Of a stretch of 64,000 bases of DNA, positions 24,325-37,240 are shown piece by piece. How positions within the stretch are numbered: the first letter of the stretch is position 1; every line of letters begins with the position of its first letter. Under the pieces are notes generated by a model. The model was given only the letters and a program-made list of their open reading frames with translations, was not told where the DNA came from and did no database searches. The position numbers were made by a program, and so were the translations under genes. Origin of the DNA: Octopus sinensis (lineage: Eukaryota); contig NC_043006.1 in the NCBI RefSeq assembly GCF_006345805.1, positions 83,824,001 through 83,888,000 of the forward strand, written 5' to 3'.

Positions 24325-25244
24325 GACACACGCAGACACACGCAGACACACGCAGACACACGCAGACACACGCAGACACACGCAGACACACGCAGACACA
24401 CGCAGACACACACGCAGACACACGCAGACACACGCAGACACACGCAGACACACGCAGACACACACACGCAGACACACACACGCAGACACACACACGCAGA
24501 CACACACACGCAGACACACACACGCAGACACACACACGCAGACACACACACACACACACACACACGCAGACACACACACGCAGACACACACACGCAGACA
24601 CACACACGCAGACACACACACGCACACACACACACGCAGACACACACACGCAGACACACACACGCAGACACACACACAGGCGCACACACGCACACACACA
24701 CACACAGACAGACACACAGACACACACAGACAGACACACAGACACACACAGACAGACACACACACACACACACACACCGACAGACAGACAGACAGACACA
24801 CAGACAGACACAGACAGACACACAGACAGACACAGACAGACACACAGACAGACACAGACAGACACACACACAGACAGACAGACAGACACACACACACACA
24901 CAGACAGACAGACAGACACACACACACACAGACAGACAGACAGACACACACACACAGACAGACAGACAGACACACACACACACAGACAGACAGACACACA
25001 CACACACAGACAGACAGACGCACACACACACACAGACAGACAGACGCACACACACACACAGACAGACAGACGCACACACACACACAGACAGACGCACACA
25101 CACACACAGACAGACGCACACACACACAGACAGACAGACACACACACACACACACACAGACAGACACACACACACACACACACAGACAGACACACACAGA
25201 CAGACACACAGACACACACACACACACACACAGACACACACACA
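24257..25244. repeat. Compound (CA)/(CAGA)/(CGCAGACACA) microsatellite of about 1 kb
   Basis: Read directly from the sequence. Confidence 0.98.
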
Positions 25245-26423
25245 TCCACATCATATCTCACAATATCACATAATGAATAACCAACTATATGGATCAAGGG
25301 TTGTCTCCTTTCTTTTTTCAAATAGTTTGCAGTGATTTGAGAGTGATATGCTGTTATTTTTAGCAATTCGTCTGACTGCATGGAAGCTTTTTTCATTCAT
25401 CAGCTCATTATTTACATGTAATTGCCATTTATTTTTCCTCCCTCGCCAACCCTGACAAAACAAACTTACAATTAGAGGCATTTAAACTGTGACCATCCTG
25501 TCTTTTTACTGGTTGGGTTGGACGCATTCTTGGATTAATTTATCTAATGTGTTCCGCTTTTAGAGATTTGGTTGTGATTTCTAATAGATCAGCTATCTCA
25601 GTCAGTCAAACACCACAATTCTTTAACAAGAAGCTGTTGTTTAACCCTAGGTCGATTCTGAACAAGTAACTCTGTGATGAAAGACATCCCAGCTGGGACC
25701 ATCCAAAGTTGTTTTTCTTTTTTAATTTGTTTTCCTATATGCATAAAGAGACTCTCTCATTGGTTCTACAATGGTGTACTATGTTACTGGTGCAGTGTTT
25801 ACAGTGTGTGCAGTGTTTAATAATACAGCATTATTACATTGCTTTGTGCTGCTCCAAATGTCTGCAACCTCTATCGTTTCCTCATGTTGTAACTGTGCAG
25901 TTGTTAAACTAAGTAACTGTTATCACATCATTGCACTTCTACGTCACCTCCACCACCATTACCTTCTACCACTACCACCACCATACCATCTCATCGATTA
26001 TTCGTTGGCTATAAACTTATATGTGTTCTGTACTTATCACCAAGGATTTTATGTTTGCCATCACAACAATGCTCGTTAGTCGGAAAATTTTTGTTAATTG
26101 TGTTTTGACAGCTGTGTGTGTGTGTGTGTGTTTCTTAGATATGGAAATAGTTTTCTTGTAAGGTTGTAAAGTAGAACATATACAATAAGCTCTATTATTA
26201 TTATTATTATTATTATTGTTATTATTATCATCATCATCATTATATTGGTAAGAGTATGCTCAACATTTGTTCATCATATGATGTCCTCATGAAAATATCA
26301 AAGATCATTAGGCAAAATATGGTACAAAGTGATGTGATTTTTTTTTTATTTCTTAATTAATATATTTGTTTTGCTTACAGTTTGAAATTTCAGAATTAAT
26401 AAAAGCAAAAGATGTGGTAAGTA

Positions 26424-26815
26424 TAGGCGCAGGAGTGGCTGTGTGGTAAGTAACTTGCTTACCAACCACATGGTTCTGGGTTCAGTCCCACTGCGTGGCA
26501 CCTTGGGCAAGTGTCTTCTACTATAGCCTCAGGCCGACCAAAGCCTTGTGAGTGGATTTGGTAGACGGAAACTGAAAGAAGCCCGTCACATATATGAATA
26601 TGTATATATATGTGTATGTTTGTGTCTGTGTTTGTCCCCCCATCATCGCTTGACAACCGATGCTGGTGTGTTTACATCCCTGTAACTTAGCGGTTCGGCA
26701 AAAGAGACTGATAGAATAAGTACTAGGTTTGCAAAGTCCTAGGGTTGATTTGCTCGACTAAAGGCGGTGCTCCAGCATGGCCGCAGTCAGATGACTGAAA
26801 CAAGTAAAAGAGTTA
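26424..26815 (+). mobile_element. SINE family A, full length
   Basis: Matches the consensus from end to end. Confidence 0.9.
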
Positions 26816-27822
26816 ATATCAGAAGCATAGATAAGGTGTCATTAGATTTTGGATAAAATACTTAGCATTATTTCTTGACTTTACATTCTGAGTTCAAATG
26901 CCGTTTAGGTTGATTTTTTTTTTTGCCTTTCATCCTTTCAGGGTCAATAAAATAAGTACCATTTAGATACTGGGGTCAATGAAATCAGCTTACCCTCTGC
27001 TCCAAAATTGCTGCCCTTGTGCCAAAATCGAAATCAATATTAACACTTTGGCATTTAAACTGGCCATATCTGGCCAAAATGATTTATCTGTTTATCTTCA
27101 AACTGGCCAGATCCAGTCTCTCACGCTTACCCTACAATATTATTCTAAAAATATACAATCACATCATTGAAATTTCAAAACTACAAGATAAGGCATGACT
27201 ATTTTATGATAATCTGCTTGTTCATCCACCTGTTATATTTTAGAGAGGTGGAGGTGGAGTGAGTGAGAGGTAGTGTAAGAATGAGAGAGGGGGGGAGAAA
27301 TGTGAGTAGAGAAGAAAGAAGAGAAGGATATAATAATGCACTAAAGCCAAATACATCACATGGTTAGTTGAAGGGACAGGCGAGGAGCGAGAGAAAAAGA
27401 CAGTGAGTAAAAAAAGGGGAGAGAGTAGTGTTAATGATGTGCTGTAAAGTGGGGAGGGAAAGGTGAAAAAAAAGAGAAATGTGAAAGACATGAAGAGGGG
27501 AATTACATGATTGAAAAATTTGTTGAAGAGGTAGAGAGAAATATATAGTGCTTAGCAGAGGGAAATTTTTAAATCCTATAATATATAATTGTGACTGGGA
27601 GTGAAATAAATTAGCAAAATAAATAGAAAAAAATCATCCTTATTTTCTTAAATAGCTTCTTTTAATCTTTCTCATTCTGTGGAATTTTCACAGATTCCAC
27701 TAATTCATATTAATGTGAAGAAATAAGCAATTACATTTGACAGAGAAATCCGAACACTAAAGAATTAAAATTCTAATTATGTAAGGTAAAAAAAAAAAAA
27801 AAATTAACTCCAGCTTTCAATT

Positions 27823-28178
27823 CTATATTTAAGAGATGAAGAATTATGCATATTATTTACATTATTGACATTCGTTGGATATTTGTCCTCATCTTGTTTG
27901 TTGTTAACACAACGTTTCGGCTGTTATACCCTCCAGCCTTCATCAGGTGTCTTGGGGAAATTTCGAACCTGGGTTCTCATTCCTAAGGTATTTTTCGATG
28001 TTATTATTATTGTTATTGTTCAGGTCACTGCTTGGAATCGAACTTGGAATCTTGGGGTTAGTAGCCCGCGCTCTTAACCATGATGTTCTTAACCACCTGA
28101 AGAAGGCTGGAGGGTATATCAGCCGAAATGTGTTAACAACAAATAAGATGAGGACAAATATCCGAATGTAAATAATGT
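27823..28178 (-). mobile_element. Fold-back insertion of a tRNA-headed, hammerhead-bearing SINE-like element (copy 2)
   Basis: Same family as 2362-2874. B box at 28034-28043, hammerhead at 27906-27951, short inverted arm 28092-28178. Exact 13-bp TSD ccagctttcaatt (27810-27822 / 28179-28191). Confidence 0.8.
27906..27951 (-). ncRNA. Minimal type-I hammerhead ribozyme motif (Penelope-type)
   Basis: Minus strand reads GACAC CUGAUGA A GGCUG GAGGGUAUAA CAGCC GAAA CGUU GUGUU. The conserved core CUGANGA/GAAA is intact, stem II is GGCUG/CAGCC, stem I is GACAC/GUGUU, and helix III is the palindrome ACGU. Predicted cleavage after GUU. Activity is untested. Confidence 0.7.
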
Positions 28179-29677
28179 CCAGCTTTCAATTTCAAATTTT
28201 AGAATATTTTGGTTGAATTTTTGTACTGATTTAAAATTTTAATTCTGTTGTGCGTGCGTGCGTGCGTGTATGTATGTGTGTGCATGTGTATGCATGTCTG
28301 TGTGTGTTTGTTTTTTTTGCATGTGCCTGTGTGTTTTCAATAGTCTTATCAGACACAAGGAAGACAAGTAGCTTTGTAGCTGAGGTATTCAGCTTGCAAT
28401 CATAAAGCTATGAATTTGATTCCCAATAGCACATTGTCTCTTTGAGCAAGACACTTTATTTCATGTAGCTTCAATGCACTCAGCTAGCAGAAACGAGTAG
28501 TACCTGTATTTCAAAAGGGTCAGCCTTGTCACACTCCAAACCATGCTGAATTCCCCTGAGAACTAAACTACAGTAAGAGTACACATGTCTGTGAAGTGTT
28601 CAGCCACTTGCATGTTAATTTAACCAGCAGGCTGTGGTATTGTTTGGATCAATTGGACCATCCATCATTGTAACTAATACAGCCTCCAATGATATCGGAC
28701 ACAGACATATCACTTCCCAACTACATATTACAGGGTTCAGTCCCATTCTGTGGCACTTTGAGCAGGAGTCTTCTACTATAGCCTGGTTTTCTCTAGGTCT
28801 GAATTCAGCTAATTTCTTTATCAGAGACAGACAGACAGAGAAGAATCCAGCCCTAGTACTAAACTGGTACTTTATTTATTGATCTTAAAAAGACAAAAAA
28901 AAAAAAAAACTTTGGTAAGATTTGGACAGAGGGCCAGTCTTACCAAATCTTTGTGGATAGATTTGTTAGGCAGAAACTTAAAGAAGCACGGTGTGTATGG
29001 GTGTTTATATGTGTGTATGTGGTTGCATGTGTGTGTCTCTCTTTCTCTCTCAGTCTTGATATAGAGTGATGCTTGCAAATGAGCATCACTGCCCTATACA
29101 CATTGTCCAATCTTTCATGAAAATCTTTGTCCAGTTATGAGGAAATATTTATCTTGCTTGGAAATAAGTACAGGTTGGTGACAGGAAGGGCAATCTGGTT
29201 GTAGAAAATTTTCTTCAAGAAATTGCATCTGGCCCATGCAAGCATGGAAAAATGATAATGGTGATGATGAAGATAAGTTTTTAGTTGATTTTTTTTTTTT
29301 TTTTTTTTTGCAGGAATTAGCTATACACTTAATTGATATGTCAATATGCTGGTGTATGTATGTGTATCCTTCCTTCTTTTCTTTTCAATGCCCTCAGCTT
29401 CTGCTGGAATTGGAAGATATTGTGTGTCTTTGATATCTTAAATGCCAGGGGGAACCATAGGCCTGGTTTTCTCTAGGTCTATATACAGCTAATTTCTTTA
29501 TCAGAGAGAGAAAGAGAGACAGACAGAGAAGAATCTAGCCCTAGTACTAGACTGGTACTTTATTTATTGATCTTGAAAAGACACAAAAAAAATTTAACCT
29601 TGGTAAGATTTGGACGGAGGGCCAGTGAATGCTACAAGGTATTCTATTCAATACTTTAATGCTTACCCCAACTCCTG

Positions 29678-29729
<52 letters not shown>

Positions 29730-29969
29730 TGTGTGTTGTTCTTTAGTCTACATCATCTCTGACAAAGCAGATCTATGATCAAAGATGTTCCAGCCATGAC
29801 CATCCCATCATCGTATTGGACTAGATCAGTAGTTTCCAACATTTCTGTGACCTCATCACTCTAATTTCCCTATATTTAACGCACATGACACCCTTGATTA
29901 CTCCAGTTAATGAGAATATAAATGCTCTAAATGAAAACCTGCCAGAAATAATACAAGAAAAGCTGAGCT

Positions 29970-30001
<32 letters not shown>

Positions 30002-30647
30002 TTAACTTCCTTAGCATCCTCTGGAGTCTGAGAGAGTGCAACCTTACTTTAGAAAAATATGCATAAAACAGTATTATTCATGGAATCTGTGTTTACACAA
30101 GTGTGTATACAAGTGTATCATCATCATCGTTTAACATCTGTTTTCCCTGCTAGCATGGGTTGGACAGTTCAACCGGGGTCTGGGAAGCCAGGAGGCTGCA
30201 CCAGGCTCCAGTCTGATCTGACAGTGTTTCTACAGAGTAATAATATTCATATCTATATTCAAGTGTATTGTGTTTACCAGCATACATGACATGCACTTGT
30301 TTATTTTTAAACCTGGCCTAAAATTGTCCTAAGTCTAAAGCAGCAGTATTGTGAATGGGAGACCAGGGAGCCAAATGAGTATCAGACTACTGGGCTAGTT
30401 CTATTACTCCATAAGGAGCGTAGGGTTGGTTTCTTGGTTTCTCTGATATAATTTTCCCTGGATGGGACACTGGTCCCTCACTGAATTTCACATTGTCGCC
30501 AGTGGACTGGAGTGACATAAAACGAAGTGTTTTGCTCAAGAACATGATGCACTGCCTGGTCCAGGAATTGAAACCACAATCTTACAATTATGAGTCCAAC
30601 ACCCTACCCACTAAGCCATGCACCTCCACTAAGTACAACAATTATTA

Positions 30648-30855
30648 CTCTTTACTTTTTTACTTGTTTCAGTCATTTGACTGTGGCCATGCTGGAGCAC
30701 CGCCTTTAGTCGAGCAAATCGACCCCAGGACTTATTCTTTGTAAGCCTAGTACTTATTGTATCGGTCTCTTTTGCCGAACTGCTAAGTTACAGGGACGTA
30801 AACACACCAGCATCGGTTGTCACCCGATGTTGGGGCGACAAACACAGACACACAA

Positions 30856-30913
<58 letters not shown>

Positions 30914-31088
30914 GTACATATATACGCCGGGCTTCTTTTAGTTTCTGTCTACCAAATCCACTCACAAGGCTTTGATCGGCCCAAGGCTATAGTAGAAGAC
31001 ACTTTCCCAAGGTGCCACGCAGTGGGACTGAACCCGGAACCATGTGCTTCGTAAGCAAGCTACTTACCACACAGCCACTCCTGCACCT
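30648..31088 (-). mobile_element. SINE family A, full length, with expanded (CA)n
   Basis: Reverse complement of the consensus. Confidence 0.9.
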
Positions 31089-32762
31089 AATAAAATATTG
31101 AAAAGAAGCCTCATTATTACCGATTATTAGCACAAACTTATGAATTACTGCTTACAGCCCAGAAGCAGTTTGTGGGAGGCCACAGCATCTCATTTCACCC
31201 CACTTGTCTAGCATAAATAACCAACAACTGATATTATATCTTACACTATTTAATGGTTGTATTGTCTTTTAGCCTGTCATGCCTTATTCCTGCTATGGCA
31301 GGAATGGGTTAAATGTTATCTCTGTCAGATTCCCAGTAAAGCGGTAATGAACAACATACATAGGTAAAGAAGATGCAGCCAGTTTTGTTCATTAGTTTAC
31401 CTGAAATTGTTACTCTTAAGCTAGCTCTCTCTCTGTCTGTCTGTCTGTCTGTCTCTTTCTCTCTGTTTCTCTTTCTCTCTCTCTCTCAGTCCTTGATATA
31501 GAGTGATGCTTGCAAATGAGCATCTCTGTCCTATACACGATGTCCTTCCTTTCCAATCTTGGTTGTATATGCAACTGTTTATTTTTTGGCTCAGGAACCC
31601 AGTTGGAGTTCCTGAGCCCAAGCTTGAGACAGTTAAACATTTTGAATAATAATAAATTTCCGTCTGTCTATCAGTTATTTCCAGTGAGTGAATGACAGCA
31701 AAACTATAGCATTGGGTCGTCACCCTGATGAACAATCGCAATAACACAAAACATTATAGCCAGAAACACAAGTTTTAGATGCTGTATGGCAAGTCTCTTA
31801 ACCAAAATATAAACAACTGTACAGATAATCCAAAAGAACTTAACATTGAAATACAGTACTCGTACAATGTAATTTATATATGATAAATTTATGGTTTCAT
31901 GTTTTATTCCAGTATACTATCAGAGCATTCTATTTACATGCACACAATCATATATTTTCCTTTACAAAACCAGTTTGAAATTTTTTTCAATAAACAAATC
32001 CAAATCTTTATCTTTTACTTATTTCAGTCATTAGACTGCAGCCATGCTGGGGTACCACCTTGAGCAATTTTGGTCAAATGAAATTGATCCCAGTATTGTT
32101 TTTTTTAAAATTTTTTTAACATTTTTTTTTTTAAGCCTGGTATTTATTCTTATTTCTTTACTGCCCACAAGGGGCTACACACAGAGGGGACAAACAAGGA
32201 CAGACAAATGGAATAAGTCTATTACATCGACCCCAGTGCATAACTGGTACTTATTTAATCGTCCCCGAAAGGATGAAAGGCAAAGTCGACTTTGGTGGAA
32301 TTTGAACTCAGAACATAGCGGCAGGCGAAATCCCACTAAGCATTTCGCCCGGCGTGCTAACGTTTCTGCCAGCTCTCCTGGAATTAATTCCATTGGTCTC
32401 TTTTGCCAACCACTAAATTACAGAGACAAAAACACACCAACACTGGTTGTCAAGCAGTGGTGGTGGGGACAAAAATGCATGCATGCACACACACACGTAC
32501 TCACAGAGTTTTTTTTTCTGTTTTACTTTTTTCCTCAACATATATTTGTAAAGTAGGTTATGTGTCTTATGCAAGAGTTAACCACATTCCATTGTTTTGT
32601 AATACAGTACGACTCAGACATGTTTACATGTTATCACATAACATTTGTGATCAAGAATATCCCCATTGGCTGTTTGAGCCTGAATGAAGAACATATTGGA
32701 CCAATCAATGATTCACTACATTCTTGAAGGCGATAGTGTATATATATATATATATATATATA

Positions 32763-33008
32763 ATAAATATTAGGGAATAAATCCAAATTTACAGGGAAAA
32801 AATCAGATTTAGGATTAAATCCAATTTTATAGTAAAATATTATAAAATATTATTAGAGACAAAACCACTATTTTGCAAAACAAACAAGGAAAGACTTAAT
32901 CAATACATAAAATTTTAATAAATAGTAAAATAAATATTTATTAAAATTTTATGTATTGATTAAGTCTTTCCTTGTTTGTTTTGCAAAATAGTGGTTTTGT
33001 CTCTAATA

Positions 33009-33018
<10 letters not shown>
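32763..33018. repeat. AT-rich insertion in (TA)n containing a perfect 84-bp inverted repeat
   Basis: Arms 32841-32924 and 32935-33018 are exact reverse complements with a 10-nt spacer. (TA)n on both sides. Confidence 0.9.
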
Positions 33019-33060
<42 letters not shown>

Positions 33061-33984
33061 GACACTGAGCAGTCTTGTTGTAAACATAACCCAATTTAAT
33101 CTGAAAGTAGATATAACAAAATAAGTAATTGTTTGTTTGTTTTTATTATTTATTTATTTATTTCTGAATTTTCATGAATCTCATATTTTAGTTCATGTTT
33201 GCTCTTTTTATGTGGTCCCGCTTCATGATTTCTATTGCATTATAATAGGGTTGCACTGTGTGTGTAAATATATATATATATATATAAATGGTCTAGTGGT
33301 TAGTGTGTTATACTCACAATCGCGAGATTGTGGTTTCAGTTCCTAAACCTGGTGGTGCGTTGTGTTCTTGAGCAAAACAATTCATCTCACATTGCACTGC
33401 AATCACTTCAACACCTGACATGTGGTACACCATGCACCTGTTCAGACAATGTCAATTTGATGGAGCGAGTGAACTAATGTGCGACATGAACATTTGATCA
33501 CTATAAGCAAACCATTTCAGCAGGTTGTTCAACAAAAGCTAAACAGTCATCATAGGCTGTCTTCAATGGGAGAATCCATCATACACACACACACACACAC
33601 ACCTACCTATCCACTCATCATCATTGCTTAACAGTCCGCTTTCCATGCTAGCATGGGTTGGACGATTTGACTGAGGACTGGCGAACCAGATGGCTGCACC
33701 AGGCTCCAATCTGATCTGGCAGAGTTTCTACAGCTGGATGTCCTTCCTAACGCCAACCACTCTGAGAGTGTAGTGGGTGCTTTTACATTCCACCGGCACA
33801 AGGGCCAGTCAGGCGGTACTGGCAACGTTTTGTTTTTTTTTAACAAAACTGTCCGACGAATGGGAAACTCTGCGTAACAACTTTTTTTATATTTCTGCTG
33901 CATCTAAATAAATCATATTACTTTACCTCTGGTATTTGAGTACTCTTTTTTCCACCTTGTTTCACATTTATGTGCTTACTCCGG

Positions 33985-34025
<41 letters not shown>

Positions 34026-34029
34026 GAGA

Positions 34030-34298
34030 AAAATTGGGTAGAAGAGGCACCAGATGTAGTGTGTAAGAGAGAAGACTGTGCTGGTATGGCCATGTGATGG
34101 CCATACCAGCACCATGGCCATGTGATGGATGAGAACAGCTACATAATGAAGTGCCAATCGCTAATTGTGGACAGAACCTGTAGAAAGGTAGACCCAGGAA
34201 GACATGGGCCGAAGTGCTGAGAAATGATCTTCAAATGTTGAAACTCACAAAGGAGATGACAAGGGACTGAGACTTCTGGCAATTTGCTGTTCTTGAAA
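34030..34298 (+). pseudogene. RTE LINE ORF2 extreme C-terminal remnant
   Basis: Decayed RLCWYGHV..DENS..KC..L.V...C.KGRPRKTW.EV..ND motifs, same family as 56669-56932. Confidence 0.7.
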
Positions 34299-34660
34299 TC
34301 TCTTCCTGAACTCCCTGAAAGCCTCCATAATGTACTCTGTTGACCACCTGGTCAGAGGGAACCAAGTGAATCTAAATGATGCCCATGCTGTCAAAAATAA
34401 AGGGGATCATCATAAGCCTCCTGGCAAACTTTGCCTGGCCTTTTGTGCCTCCAAAAACAGATGCTTCATTCATAAGCAGTCTGGTGATTTTTAATAAGTT
34501 TCTATAGTGTTTTTATGTGGTTTTAACACAAAACGCTTTTGCATGGCAAGCTTCCAAGTATCCTGACTGCATTCTGCAAATTAATTGGCTGCAACAAGTA
34601 GTGTTTAGCAGAGTGTGATAAAAGTGCTGTTAAAGCCATCTCCTGCAATCTGGAATAACA
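34299..34660 (-). pseudogene. Mariner transposase remnant
   Basis: Minus strand KAKFARRLMMIPFIFDSMGII*IHLVPSDQVVNRVHY resembles the mariner K.ML.VFFD..GII..EFVP.GQTVN..YY segment. Confidence 0.6.
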
Positions 34661-35882
34661 GAAGTTGGCAGGTCAGCTCATTAGATGTATAATAATATAC
34701 AATAAATCACAATAATTTAGGACAGTTATAACTACCTCTCCTAAAAAGAAAAATCCCCAAACTTCTAGAATGCACTCGTGTGTGTACGTGCATGTGTGCA
34801 CGTGTACGCATGCACGCATGCATCATATGATAATTACAAATAAATACTACTGTCATACAAATGGAGTCCTTTCTTTCCAGTCTTCTTTGTATAGAAACAC
34901 CTTGAACAAGTGTGTTCTGCTATGGCCCTGGGCTAATCAAAGAGTATTAGGGTAATCACCCCTGCCCCATAAGACAATTCCACCAATGACAACTACCCCG
35001 TAGAACAATTCCCCTTCATGGTTAATTACCTCCTCTCCAATATATTAAGAAGTTTTAAATCCTCAGGAATAATTGTCCTTGGGGGTGGGGTTATTGTCCA
35101 TGGGGTCGGTAAATGTCCTAGACTCAATCAAAGCTCTGTGTATGCGTGCACGCATGCACACACATACACACATACATACATACATTCCTAATAGAGTTGA
35201 GCAAAGTGATAGCACCATAGATCTCACAGTAATGCATTTTTACAATTCCTTATTGGAACAAACAAACCTAACCAATGCTTTTAAATCATCACTTATGATT
35301 GACAGGCAATATACTCAGCATCTAATGGAAATTGAGGTCCCTTCTGGACGATAGAGAACTGCACGTATGTTTTGCATACATGTAAACCATGTATGTATAT
35401 AAGCTCAAGAGATTGTGTATTACTGCAGGTGTTTGTTTTATAGTAGAATTTAATTCTGCTTCCACTGTCATGTTTGTTTTAATAGATGATTGATATTAAG
35501 AAGGGCATCCAGCCATAAAAACCATGCCAAAACGGACACTGAACCTTAGTGCAGTCTTGTGCCTAGTGAGTTCTTGTCAAACTGTCTAAGCCATACCAGC
35601 ATAAAAAGTGGGCATTAAATGATTATGAGTACATGAGGCAATGATCTACCTGCCTGACATATCATTTTCCAAGGTGTGATTGTATGTGTTAATGGTTTAT
35701 TTCAGCTTTGTCATCTCACAAAGGCCTTGTACTGTAAGCTTGTACAGTGTCATCGCAATAACAACCTGGGCTGTTATTCCAGTTTTTAATAAGGTCTTGA
35801 TTTAGGTGGTTGTCCTCATTGAGAGATGGTTGTTCTATATCGTAGCCTTCTTTTAGCTTTCACTATATTGCTTCATATGGTG

Positions 35883-36115
35883 AAGGTGGCGAGCTGGCAG
35901 AAATGTTAGCACGCCGGGTGAAATGCGTAGCTGTATTTCATCTGCTCTTACGTTCTGAGTTCAAATTCCGCCGTTGTCGACTTTGCCTTTCATCCTTTCG
36001 GTGTCGATAAATAAAGTACCAGTTATGCACTGGGGTCGATGTAATCGACTTAATCCATTTGTCTGTCCTTGTTTGTCCCCTCTGTGTTTAGCCCCTTGTG
36101 GGTAGTAAAGAAATA
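35883..36115 (+). mobile_element. SINE family B, full length (other copies at about 5545, 8556, 11213, 16321, 19275, 22965, 23960, 26830, 32155, 44757, 47610, 62983)
   Basis: ggtggcgagctggcagaa..ctgagttcaaattcc (B box)..gcctttcatcctttcgg..gtcgataaataaagtaccag..gtagtaaagaaata. Confidence 0.9.
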
Positions 36116-36594
36116 TATATTGCTTCATATGCAGTCTCTTAAGATTACTTCTCTTGACAAGAACCTGTTTCATATGTTCTCCTGTTTGTGTTTCAATAGC
36201 AATGCAAAAAGGTGGTAGTGCAGAGCTGCTAATCCTATATCTACCACCATCCATGGGCCTGGGAACTGGGGTGCAAGCACACCCTCTTAAAATTTTTGTG
36301 GAGTGCAAAATCAAAATTTGCACCCTTACTTTTCTAAGGTTTAGGAAACGGCAAGTAAAACGTGATCTGTAAGAAGTAGCTTGAATTATGTTTCTTCACA
36401 AAGAACATAAATAAATAAAGCATGACCTTATTTGTAAAAGTTTTGGTGTCTGGGTTTGCACCCCCTAAGCAAATTTTGTTCCCGAGCCAGTGCCATCATC
36501 CTTTATTCACAACCAGGCTGAGGACCAGCTACAGCAAAGTTGTGTGCTAGTACATACTGTGAATCTCAAATCCAGAGCAAGGTTAGTTAGAGAA

Positions 36595-36986
36595 GTCGGC
36601 ACAGGAGTGGCTGTGAGGTAAGTAGCTTGCTTACTGACCACATGGTTCTGGTTTCAGTCCCACAGCGTGGCACTTTGGGCAAGTGTCTTCTATAGCCTCA
36701 GGCCAACCAAAGCTTTGTGAGTGGATTTGGTAGACGGAAACTGAAAGAAGCCCGTCGTATATATGTATATATATGTGTGTGTGTTTGTGTGTCTGTGTTT
36801 GTCCCCCCAACATAGCTTGACAGCTAATGCTGGTGTGTTTAAGTCCCTGTAACTTAGCGGTTCGGCAAAAGTGACCGATAGAATAAGTACTAGGCGTACA
36901 AAGAATAAGTCCTGGGGGTCGATTTCCTCGACTAAAGGCGGTGCTCCAGCATGGCCGCAGTCAAATGACTGAAACAAGTAAAAGAG

Positions 36987-37017
<31 letters not shown>

Positions 37018-37240
37018 GTGTGCGTGTATATATATGTTTGTGTGACTGTGTTTGTTGCCCCAACGTCGCTTGGCAACCGATGCTGGTGTGTTTACATCCC
37101 CATAACTTAGCAGTCTAGCAAAAGAGACCGATAGAATAAGTACTAGGTTTACAAAGAATAAGTCCTGGGGTGGATTTGCTTGACTAAAGGCGGTGCTCCA
37201 GCATGGCCATAGTCAAATGACTGAAACGAATAAAAGAATT
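36595..37240 (+). mobile_element. SINE family A followed by a second 3' half
   Basis: Full copy at 36595-36990, then (TA)(TG)n and a repeated 3' half at 37030-37240. Confidence 0.85.

Noticed and set aside
24173-25396. Long 330-407 aa Cys/Val-rich ORFs
   Set aside because: Translations of the (TG)/(TGTC) microsatellite. The same applies to the MYVC/HTHT ORFs elsewhere.
29314-29433. Strong acceptor followed by ELAIHLIDMSIC..., a possible SAT exon 2
   Set aside because: Similarity stops after ELA, and there is no donor at the expected 52-nt phase-1 position.
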